64,000 bases of DNA from the NCBI GenBank assembly GCA_036676985.1, contig JAKFBU010000038.1:96001-160000 (forward strand), given 5' to 3'. Below the pieces are notes generated by a model. It saw only the letters and a program-made list of their open reading frames with translations, searched no databases and was not told the origin of the DNA. The position numbers were made by a program, and so were the translations under genes. Origin of the DNA: Candidatus Sericytochromatia bacterium (GTDB lineage Bacteria > Cyanobacteriota > Sericytochromatia > S15B-MN24 > UBA4093). Positions 31,186-39,538 of the stretch are shown here, one piece after another; position 1 is the first letter of the stretch, and the number at the start of each line of letters is the position of its first letter.

Positions 31186-32211
31186 GTGTCTGGCGTCTTG
31201 AACCGAATCGTTGGTCAACCGAGGGCCGTGCGCTTCTTGCGCGCGGCCCTCGCGCAGCCTTCCCATGCCTACCTGTTCGTGGGGCCGCCGCACGTGGGCA
31301 AGACCGCCACGGCCCTCGCGTTCGCCCAGGCCCTCAACTGCGAGCGTCGCACGCCGCCCCAGGCGGGTGCCTCGCTCTTCGGCGACATGACCGCTCCCGC
31401 GGAGCCGGACGGCTGCGGCGAGTGCCTGGAGTGCCGCTCCATCGAGCACTCCAACCACCCGGACGTGCGCTTCGTCGAGCCGAGCGAGGGCAAGAAGGTC
31501 TTCTCGGTCGAGGACGTCCGCAAGCTCGTCGAGGAGGTCGGCTGGAAGGCCTACCGCGCCCGCCACAAGGTCTACGTCATCCCCAACGAGCTCCTGAACC
31601 TCCAGGGCGCCAACACCTTGCTCAAGACCATCGAGGAGCCGCAAGCGGGCACCACGCTCATCCTGACGGCCAACAGTCTCGACCATGTCCTGCCGACCCT
31701 CGTCTCGCGCTGTCAGCCCGTCTCCTTCGGGCCGGTGACCAGCGAGAACATCGCCGGGTGGCTTCAGTCCGAGCACGGAGCGGATGCCGAGCGCGCCCGC
31801 GTCCTCGCCCGGGTCTCCGATGGCCGCATCGGCTGGGCGGCGAAATTCGCCCAGGAAGGGGAGCTGCCCGAGCCGCAGCTCCTTTCGGTGGAGTCCTATG
31901 CCGACACCCTCAAGGAGGCCGAGCGCCTCGCGGCGGAGGATGCCGACACCCAGCAGGTGGCCCTCGAATCGCTGATCGCCCAGGTTCGTGATATCATGGT
32001 TTGGCTGCAGACAGGGCGTGGTGACTGGATCGCGCGCCCCGAGCAGGTCGAGCGAGCCGCCCGCAAGCCGGTCTCCCTCGGCTACTGGTTGCGCGTCATG
32101 ACCCGGCTCGAGCTGGCGCGCAAGCAGCTCTTGGGCCATGCCAACGGCAAGCTGCTGTGGACCGTGCTCGCCGGCGACGTACAGCCGACGGCGCGCGAAC
32201 GGCGCGCTTAG
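31186..32211 (+). CDS. holB: DNA polymerase III subunit delta'
   Basis: HAYLFVGP..VGK, Zn motif C..CGECLEC, HPD, ANTLLKTIEEP, LPTLVSRC. Confidence 0.93.
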   Translation: MSGVLNRIVGQPRAVRFLRAALAQPSHAYLFVGPPHVGKTATALAFAQALNCERRTPPQAGASLFGDMTAPAEPDGCGECLECRSIEHSNHPDVRFVEPSEGKKVFSVEDVRKLVEEVGWKAYRARHKVYVIPNELLNLQGANTLLKTIEEPQAGTTLILTANSLDHVLPTLVSRCQPVSFGPVTSENIAGWLQSEHGADAERARVLARVSDGRIGWAAKFAQEGELPEPQLLSVESYADTLKEAERLAAEDADTQQVALESLIAQVRDIMVWLQTGRGDWIARPEQVERAARKPVSLGYWLRVMTRLELARKQLLGHANGKLLWTVLAGDVQPTARERRA

Positions 32212-32223
32212 AAAGGACCCGTC

Positions 32224-33048
32224 TTGATCGCGGCGATCCGGACCCGTACCGGCGACCTCCACGTCTTGGACCCCCAGGATGACGCGCTCACCCGGGGGCA
32301 GTTCGTCGTCTACGAGACGGAGCGGGGCCTCGACTGCTCGCCCGTCATCTCGCTGGCGACGTCCATGATGACGGAGTACGCCAAGACGCCCACGGTGCGC
32401 TTCATCCGCCCGGCCACCGATCAGGACATGCTGCAGCTCGACAGCAAGTGGCGCGAGGAGGCCCGCGCCCACACGCTCGGAGCCGAGAAGATCGCAGCCC
32501 ACGGACTGCCCATGAAGCTGGTCGAGACCGTCTACACGCTCGACTTCAGCCGTCTCACCTTCTTCTACACCGCGGACAACCGTGTGGATTTCCGCCAGCT
32601 CCTCAAGGACCTCACGGCCACGTTCCGCCGGACCCGCATCGAGCTGCGCCAGATCGGCGTGCGCGACGCCGCCGGCATGATGGGCGGGGTGGGCCCTTGC
32701 GGCCGCGAGCTCTGCTGCTCGACCTTCCTCAAGGAGTTCGCGCCCATCACCATCAAGCTCGCCAAGGACCAGAACCTGCCGCTCAATCCCAGCAAGATCA
32801 GCGGCCTGTGCGGGCGACTCATGTGCTGCCTCTCCTACGAGCATGAGATGTACCTCGAGATCAAGCACGAGCTGCCCGTGGTCGGCAGCCGCGTCAAGGT
32901 CGACGAGGGCGTGGGCTTGGTCATCGAGCAGGTGGTCATGAAGGAGGCCGTTAAGGTGGAGATCAACGACGACCTGGTGGTCGAGGTGCCCGTGTCGCGC
33001 CTGCACGACTACCAGAAGCCTTCAGGAGCCGCGGCCGATGACGCTTAG
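32224..33048 (+). CDS. ricT: PSP1-domain protein (RicT/YaaT)
   Basis: RVDFRQLLKDL, RIELRQIGVRD, GPCGRELCC, KISGLCGRLMCCL; follows holB as in Firmicutes. Confidence 0.92.
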   Translation: MIAAIRTRTGDLHVLDPQDDALTRGQFVVYETERGLDCSPVISLATSMMTEYAKTPTVRFIRPATDQDMLQLDSKWREEARAHTLGAEKIAAHGLPMKLVETVYTLDFSRLTFFYTADNRVDFRQLLKDLTATFRRTRIELRQIGVRDAAGMMGGVGPCGRELCCSTFLKEFAPITIKLAKDQNLPLNPSKISGLCGRLMCCLSYEHEMYLEIKHELPVVGSRVKVDEGVGLVIEQVVMKEAVKVEINDDLVVEVPVSRLHDYQKPSGAAADDA

Positions 33049-33847
33049 CGAGAGACTCGGCATCCGCGGCGCCTGGCCGCTCATCGGCGTCGTACACCTG
33101 GAGCCCTTGCCGGGCAGCCCCCGCTGGGGGGGGGACCTCGGCGCGGTTCGGGATGCCGCCCGCAGGGCCGCCGAGGCCTACAAGGCGGGGGGCCTGGACG
33201 CCCTCATCATCGAGAACTACGGCGACGTGCCCTTCACGGGCGGGTCGGTTCCCGCTGCGACCGTGGCCGCCATGGCCGTGCTCGTCGAGGCCGTGAAAGC
33301 CGAGTTCGGCCCGGCGGTGGGCGTGAACGTCCTGCGCAACGACGGCGTTTCGGCCCTGTCCGTCGCGGCGGCGACCGGGGCGCGCTTCGTGCGGGTCAAC
33401 GTGCTCGTGGGGGCCATGGTCACGGACCAGGGCCTCCTGGAGGGCGATGCCTGGACCGTGCAGCGCGCGCGCCGCGAGCTGGCACCCGGCTGCCGCATCT
33501 GGGCGGACGTGATGGTCAAGCACGCCGTGCCCGTCGGCGCGCCCCGCCTCGAGGACCTGGCGGACGACACCTACCATCGGGCCCTGGCCGACGCCCTCAT
33601 CCTGTCGGGCCGGGCCACCGGAGCGCCCTCGGACCCCGAGGACTTCCGGCACGTCGCCCAAAAGGTCCCGGACGCGCCGCTCATCGTGGGTAGCGGCCTG
33701 ACCATCGAGACCCTGGCCACGACCATGAAGGTGGCCCACGGCGCCATCGTCGCCACCAGCCTCAAGACGGCCGGCCGGGTCGATGCCGAGAAGGTCCGGC
33801 GCCTCGTGGACCATCGCGATGAAGTCCTCGCCACTCTAAGGAGCTAG
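33038..33847 (+). CDS. btpA: BtpA/SgcQ family protein
   Basis: IGVVHLEPLPGSP, IIENYGDVPF, GVNVLRND, ADVMVKHA. Confidence 0.92.
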   Translation: MTLSERLGIRGAWPLIGVVHLEPLPGSPRWGGDLGAVRDAARRAAEAYKAGGLDALIIENYGDVPFTGGSVPAATVAAMAVLVEAVKAEFGPAVGVNVLRNDGVSALSVAAATGARFVRVNVLVGAMVTDQGLLEGDAWTVQRARRELAPGCRIWADVMVKHAVPVGAPRLEDLADDTYHRALADALILSGRATGAPSDPEDFRHVAQKVPDAPLIVGSGLTIETLATTMKVAHGAIVATSLKTAGRVDAEKVRRLVDHRDEVLATLRS

Positions 33848-33851
33848 CCAC

Positions 33852-35120
33852 ATGTCGCATCTTCGCAGCCGTACGGCGCTCGCCCTCGCCCTGACCCTCG
33901 CCCTTTCCGCGTGCTCCGGCGGCGGAGACAAGGATTCCGAGCGCAAGGTCGAGTTCTGGACCATGGCCCTCAAGCCGACGTTCACGGCCTACATCCAGGA
34001 GACGCTCGACCAGTTCCAGCAGGAGAACCCCGAGATCCTGGTGGAGTGGGTCGACGTGCCCGGCAGCGCCATCGAGGACAAGACCCTCTCGGCCGTGAGC
34101 GGCGGTACGCCGCCGGATCTGGTCAACCTCAACCCGGACTTCGCCCAGCGGCTCGCCAGCAAGGGCGCCCTGCAGGACCTGTCCGCCAAGGTGCCCCAGG
34201 ACGTCCAGGACTCCTACTTCCCCTCGTCGCTCGACGCCAACCGGGTCGACGGCAAGCTCATCGGCCTGCCCTGGTACCTTTCGACCCAGGTGGCCATCTA
34301 CAACCGGGCGATCCTGGACAAGGCGGGCCTCAAGACGCTGCCCGGGACCTATCGTGACCTCGCCTCCCAGGCTCCGGCCTTCGAGCAGGCGGGAGCGGTG
34401 CCCTTCTTGCCCAACCTGGGGGACACCAACCGCATTCTCGAGCTGTTGGCCCTGGACGGTGTGACGTTGCTGTCGGCCGATCGCAAGAAGGCGGCATTCT
34501 ACACCCCGGAAGGCCGCGAGTCCTTCGCCTTCTGGGCCAACTTGTTCCGGGACGGCGTCCTGCCCAAGGAGGCGCTCAGCCTCGACAACCGCGAGATCGT
34601 GGACCGCTTCCAGGCGGGCCAGTCGGCCGTGTTGCCGGCGGGGCCGCAGTTCCTCAAGCAGGTCAAGGAGAACGCGCCCGAGCTCTACAAGACGGTGGAC
34701 GTAGCGCCGCAGATCGCGGGCAAGAGCGGCAAGGTGGGCGTGGGCGTCATGAACCTGGTGGTGCCGACCACGAGCAAGCGCCAGGACGATGCCATCAAGC
34801 TCGCGACCTATATCACCAACGCCGAGAACCAGCTCGCCTTCTGCAAGCTCGCGGGCATCCTGCCCTCGGCCAAGGCCGCCGCGGCCGATCCCTTCTTCAC
34901 GACCCTGCCGGCCACGGCGTCGGTCGAGGACCGCGCCCGCCAGATCGCCGCCGAGCAGCTCAAGCGGTCGGTCCTACTGGTGCCGCCCATGCCGCATCAG
35001 GCGGACCTCAAGAAGGCGATGAACGCGGCCCTGCAGCGCGCGGCTCTGGGTCAGCAGACGCCTGACGAGGCCCTCAAGCAGGCGGAGGCCGATTGGGAGA
35101 GGATCCTCGCCACGCCATGA
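33852..35120 (+). CDS. Sugar ABC transporter substrate-binding lipoprotein
   Basis: Lipobox LSAC, EFWTMALKP, PDLVNLN, LPWY. Confidence 0.9.
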   Translation: MSHLRSRTALALALTLALSACSGGGDKDSERKVEFWTMALKPTFTAYIQETLDQFQQENPEILVEWVDVPGSAIEDKTLSAVSGGTPPDLVNLNPDFAQRLASKGALQDLSAKVPQDVQDSYFPSSLDANRVDGKLIGLPWYLSTQVAIYNRAILDKAGLKTLPGTYRDLASQAPAFEQAGAVPFLPNLGDTNRILELLALDGVTLLSADRKKAAFYTPEGRESFAFWANLFRDGVLPKEALSLDNREIVDRFQAGQSAVLPAGPQFLKQVKENAPELYKTVDVAPQIAGKSGKVGVGVMNLVVPTTSKRQDDAIKLATYITNAENQLAFCKLAGILPSAKAAAADPFFTTLPATASVEDRARQIAAEQLKRSVLLVPPMPHQADLKKAMNAALQRAALGQQTPDEALKQAEADWERILATP

Positions 35121-36016
35121 TCACCGCGAAGCGCCGATTCAACTGGACGCCCTTCCTCTACCTGGCCCCGGCCGGGCTGATCCTGGGCGTGTTCTGGTTC
35201 CTGCCGGCCCTGATGGCCGTCGTGACCTCGTTCACCCAGGTGAACCTGGGCTCCAGCAACGAGTTCCTGGAGCAGTTCAAGTGGATCGGCTTCGAGAACT
35301 ACGCGGTCATGGCCCGCGATCCGCTCTTCTACAAGGCGCTCGCCAACTCCTGGATCTATTTGCTGGGCGTGGTGCCGCCGCTGGTCATCCTGCCCTTGAT
35401 CCTTGCCATCCTCGTCAACGTGCCCATGCGGGGCATCGGCTTCTTCAGGGCGGCGTATTACCTGCCCGTCATCATCCCGATCGTGGTGGTCGGCCTGACC
35501 TGGAAGTGGCTCTATGCCGAGAACGGGTTGGTGAACTACGTGGGGCAGGCCATGTTCCCGTGGCTCCTGCAGCATCCGCTGCCGTGGCTGAGCCTGCCGG
35601 AGACGGCCCTGGGCGCGGTCATGGCCGTGACGGTCTGGAAGGGCCTCGGCTACTACATGGTCATCTACCTGGCGGGCCTGCAGGCCCTGCCCAAGGAGAT
35701 CTACGAGTCGGCGGACCTGGACGGCGCCAATCGGTTGAAGCAGCACCTGCACCTGACGCTGCCGCTCATGATCCCGCAGATGGGCCTGGTGGCCATCATC
35801 TCGAGCATCAACGCCCTCAAGGTGTTCGCGGAGATCTGGGTGCTGACCAAGGGCGGCCCCCTGGACGCGTCGACGACCATGGTCTACTACCTGTACCAGC
35901 AGGCCTTCGAGAACCTGAACATGGGCTATGCGAGCGCGCTGGGCATGGTGCTGTTCGCCATGACGCTCGCGCTGTCGCTGTTGAACAAGTTCTATAGCGA
36001 TCGCTTCGCGCAATAG
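35117..36016 (+). CDS. Carbohydrate ABC transporter permease
   Basis: GFENY, WKGLGYYMVIYLAGLQ, YESADLDGAN EAA loop. Confidence 0.93.
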   Translation: MITAKRRFNWTPFLYLAPAGLILGVFWFLPALMAVVTSFTQVNLGSSNEFLEQFKWIGFENYAVMARDPLFYKALANSWIYLLGVVPPLVILPLILAILVNVPMRGIGFFRAAYYLPVIIPIVVVGLTWKWLYAENGLVNYVGQAMFPWLLQHPLPWLSLPETALGAVMAVTVWKGLGYYMVIYLAGLQALPKEIYESADLDGANRLKQHLHLTLPLMIPQMGLVAIISSINALKVFAEIWVLTKGGPLDASTTMVYYLYQQAFENLNMGYASALGMVLFAMTLALSLLNKFYSDRFAQ

Positions 36017-36030
36017 CACCAAACGCATGC

Positions 36031-36064
36031 TGAAAGGCCCGCTCCTGAGGGAGCGGGCCTTTCA
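36031..36064. terminator. Bidirectional terminator
   Basis: TGAAAGGCCCGCTCC-TGAG-GGAGCGGGCCTTTCA. Confidence 0.85.
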
Positions 36065-36072
36065 ACGGTCGG

Positions 36073-38385
36073 TTACTTGCCGTACGGCTTGCCGTTGTCG
36101 CGCAGGTGCTCCAGCGCGCGGCGCTGCTTGTCCGTCTCCACGTCCGTGATCCCGTCCTTGCCGGCGTTGTTGATCTTCAGCGTCCGGTTGTCGGTCTGGA
36201 CGTAGTCCGTGAGGTTGTTGCGATCCCCGCTGTCCCGGCGATCCTCGAAGGTGTTGAACTGCACCTTGTCGTAGTACGCCCAGACCTGGTCCAGGCCCGG
36301 ATCCGCCAGCATGCCCTTCAGGGCGTTCAGCTGCGCCATGCGATCCGCGGTGGACGTGCCCTCCTCGAAGTCGATGCTCACCGGATGGCCGGCCTTCTCC
36401 GTGAGGGTCTTCTCCAGCTGCTGCTCGAGGTCCGCCGCACCCGCCGTCGCGTTGTGCTTGTCGCGCAGCTGCTCCATGGCCCGGACCTGCTTGTCGAACT
36501 CGACATCCGTCAGCTCGCTGTTGCCGGGCTGGTTGATCTTCAGGGTCTTGCCCTTCTCCTCGACGTAGCCGTCGAGGTTGTTGGGATCGCCGCTGTCCCG
36601 CTTCGACTCGTAGACGTCGAGCTCCACCTTGTCGTACTGCTTCCAGGTGTTGTCGTAGCTCGGATCGTTCGCCATCTTCTGGAGCATCTCCAGCTGGCGG
36701 AGCTTGTCCTGGTCGCTCATGTCGTCGGCCCACTCGACCTTGACCGGATGGCCCGCCTTCTGGCTGATGGCCGCCTCGACCGCCGCCGTGGTCTGCTCGA
36801 CCTGCTGGGCCACCTCTTGCTTGCCGACGTTCTCGAGGGCCTCCTTGGCCTGTGAGTTACCCGCAGCGAGCTCCTCGGTCACGCCCTGGAGCGTCTTGCC
36901 GCCACCCATGGCCCCGGCGAGGCGATCCACGTCGCCCTTGCTGAGGTTGGTCCACGCGTCCTCGCCCGACTCGATGGTGCCGAACTTGAGCACGTCGAAG
37001 TTCTTGATCAGGGCCTCCTTCGCGGGGCCGTCCGGCATGTTCTTTTCGAGGTCCTCGCGGGAGACCTTGCCGTCGCCGCCCGAGACCTGATCGAAGTTCT
37101 GCTGGAGGTACTGGACGCCTTCGGCCTCCTTGACCTGGTTCTCGAAGCCCTGCTTGAAGTCCTCGACCTTCTTGGCAAAGGACTCCCGACCCGGGGTGCC
37201 CTCGGGGATCTGGGCGAGCGCAGCGTCGAGCTGCTTCGCCGTCTCCTCGTTGGCCTTGCGATCGGTGGCGCTCGGCGGGTTCTCGGTGAGGGCGTTGATC
37301 TGCTGCTCGGCCTGGGTCGCGACCTGGCCCACGGCGTCGGTCATCCACTTCTTGCCGACGGTGGCCTCGAGATCCTGGACCTTCTGCTCGTACGCGGCGC
37401 GCTGCGGATCGTCCGCGGGGATCTTGCCGAGGGCCTCCTTGGCGTCCGCGACCGTCTTCTGGTCACGCTGCTTCTGCTCGTCGATGCGGTCGGGCGAGCC
37501 GCCCGTGGGCCGATCGGGCGAGACGCCCTTGGCTGCGGCGTCGATGGCCTCCTTGGCCTGCTTGGCCTCGGGGGTCTCGGCGGGCGTCTTGCCGGGGATC
37601 TTGATCTGGTCGCCCGGGTAGATGAGGTCGCCGCCCGTCGTGCGCCGCCGGCCCGCGGAGTCCTTGCCGTTCTGGAAGAGCTCGGGGTTCGCCTTCTTGA
37701 GTTCGTCAAGCGTGACGTTGTTCTCGCGGGCGATGCGGCCCAGGGTGTCGCCCGCCGCGACCGCGTGGGTCTTGGCCTCGGGCGTCGTCGCAGCCTCCTG
37801 CTGCTCCTGGACGGGGGCTTCGCGATCGCCGTAATTCGCCTTGAAGTCCGCCTGGAGCTGCTTGACCTTGGTTTCGTACGAGGCGCGCTGCGGGTCGTTG
37901 GCGGGCAGGTTGGCGAGGGCTGCCTCGGCCTTGAGCAGCTCGCGCTCGTTAGAGCTCTTGCTCCGCTCGTACGTCTGCGGACTGGTGTCGTCCGGCTTGG
38001 AGATGCTGGCGTTGTCGAGCGTCTGGCGGGCGTCTGCGTCGACCTTGTGCTCGGCGAGGCCCGCCACCAGGGCGTTGAACTCGCTCGTGTCGATCTTGCC
38101 GTCGGCGCTCTTGTCGGCCTGATCGTAGATCTTCTCCAGTTCGGTGCGCTCCTGGGTCTGACGCTCCGCGTTCAGGTTCTTGTACTGCCCCATTTGCTGA
38201 TCGACGAACTGGTCCTTGTTGGTGACTGGAGCATCCGGAACGTCGACCGTGACCTCCTGGGTCTGTTCCTTCATCTCGGTGATGGTCTTCTGGACCTGGG
38301 TCTCCTGGCCTTTTTCGCCCTTGACCGTCTCGTTCACCGTCCGGGTGACGGGAACCTGCACCGTGACCGATTGCTTGACTTGCAT
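36073..38385 (-). CDS. 770-aa LysM + EF-hand + repeat protein, no signal peptide
   Basis: LysM HAVAAGDTLGRIA..LKKANP..IYPGDQIKIP; EF-hand-like DKSADGKIDTSEF and DQVSGGDGKVSREDL; two C-terminal repeats with 121-aa period; GGAGGAG RBS. Confidence 0.85.
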   Translation of the reverse strand: MQVKQSVTVQVPVTRTVNETVKGEKGQETQVQKTITEMKEQTQEVTVDVPDAPVTNKDQFVDQQMGQYKNLNAERQTQERTELEKIYDQADKSADGKIDTSEFNALVAGLAEHKVDADARQTLDNASISKPDDTSPQTYERSKSSNERELLKAEAALANLPANDPQRASYETKVKQLQADFKANYGDREAPVQEQQEAATTPEAKTHAVAAGDTLGRIARENNVTLDELKKANPELFQNGKDSAGRRRTTGGDLIYPGDQIKIPGKTPAETPEAKQAKEAIDAAAKGVSPDRPTGGSPDRIDEQKQRDQKTVADAKEALGKIPADDPQRAAYEQKVQDLEATVGKKWMTDAVGQVATQAEQQINALTENPPSATDRKANEETAKQLDAALAQIPEGTPGRESFAKKVEDFKQGFENQVKEAEGVQYLQQNFDQVSGGDGKVSREDLEKNMPDGPAKEALIKNFDVLKFGTIESGEDAWTNLSKGDVDRLAGAMGGGKTLQGVTEELAAGNSQAKEALENVGKQEVAQQVEQTTAAVEAAISQKAGHPVKVEWADDMSDQDKLRQLEMLQKMANDPSYDNTWKQYDKVELDVYESKRDSGDPNNLDGYVEEKGKTLKINQPGNSELTDVEFDKQVRAMEQLRDKHNATAGAADLEQQLEKTLTEKAGHPVSIDFEEGTSTADRMAQLNALKGMLADPGLDQVWAYYDKVQFNTFEDRRDSGDRNNLTDYVQTDNRTLKINNAGKDGITDVETDKQRRALEHLRDNGKPYGK

Positions 38386-38544
38386 GCCGCTGCTCCTCCG
38401 TCGCTCGCTCTACGGTGATGTCGTGACGTCCGGCGCGAGTCTGACGTCTCCAATGAACTCTTAATGAATCAGTCAGAAGACCGAGGGTTCTATACCCGAT
38501 ACCGGTCTCTTGCTCGCATGTCACAGCGGATGCGCGGGGGCGCC

Positions 38545-39525
38545 TTAGCGGTTGGCGAAGGCCTCGAAGCCGCCCCAGAGGAAGTCGACGCCGCCCGGGA
38601 AGAGGCGGTGATAGCGCCCGACCACCGGCGAGAGATAGTCGGGAGGATTCTGCTTCAGGACGACCGTCACCTTGGGCGTATACGAAAAGAAGCCCCGGAA
38701 GAGCAAGTAGCGGATGTTGGCGTCGGCATCGCTCAGCGAGTAGCCGATGAAGACGATCTCCTTGGCCTTCGTCAGCTCCCACTCCGCCTTTTTCCACAGG
38801 GAGGATAAAAAGGGCGACGGCGGGACCTTCATGGGCGTCGGCGGCACGATGAGGGCAGTGAGCAGGGCGTTGCACGTCGGGCAGGCCTGCCCGCGGCCGA
38901 CCTTCCGGTCGCCGGTGAAGACGGTGGTGTAGCAGGACGGGCAGTAGCCCCAGTTGATGGATCCGTGCAGCTTGAAGAGCTTGATGTCGCCTCGGGAGGG
39001 GTGTGGGCCCAGCACCGTCTCGTGCCCGGCGGCGTCCCCGAGGTCGAGGAAGTCCAGGCTGTAGTTCGGCGTGAAGCCGCATTTGTGCAAGGCGGAGTCC
39101 AGGAGCAGGTCGTAGTTCAGGGAGATGAGGCTCGTGTCCTCATCCGGCAGACCCTCCAGGAGCTGCTGATACAGGCCCTGGTCGCCGTTGCCGTTGGTCT
39201 GCGTGTCGAGCGTGTCGCCGATGACGTCGTAGATGCAGGTGACCAGCTCCTCGCGGCAGCGCGTGAGGTCCGAGATGCTCCAGCACTGGCCGATGGGTTC
39301 CCCCTTGCCGAGGCACATGTCCAGGATGGACAGAAGCTCCTCGATGGACGGGAGGAGCTTGAAGTCCGTGAAGCCCCAGTCCGAGAGGAAGCGCTCGAGG
39401 GTTTCGTACTGGCCCTTGCGCCGCGACAGACCGCCGCGCAGGAGGTTGGTGTTGGTGGGCGCCACGGGGGATTCCGCGGCGCTCGCTCCGGCCCCAAAGA
39501 AGTAGATGGTCTTCCGGCGCTCCAT
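38545..39525 (-). CDS. SIR2-family (SIR2_2-like) protein with zinc-ribbon insert
   Basis: FFGAGAS, ISLNYD, KLHGSINW, CPSC..CPTC, VFIGYSL..D. Confidence 0.88.
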   Translation of the reverse strand: MERRKTIYFFGAGASAAESPVAPTNTNLLRGGLSRRKGQYETLERFLSDWGFTDFKLLPSIEELLSILDMCLGKGEPIGQCWSISDLTRCREELVTCIYDVIGDTLDTQTNGNGDQGLYQQLLEGLPDEDTSLISLNYDLLLDSALHKCGFTPNYSLDFLDLGDAAGHETVLGPHPSRGDIKLFKLHGSINWGYCPSCYTTVFTGDRKVGRGQACPTCNALLTALIVPPTPMKVPPSPFLSSLWKKAEWELTKAKEIVFIGYSLSDADANIRYLLFRGFFSYTPKVTVVLKQNPPDYLSPVVGRYHRLFPGGVDFLWGGFEAFANR

Positions 39526-39538
39526 GCGCGCCTCCTAT

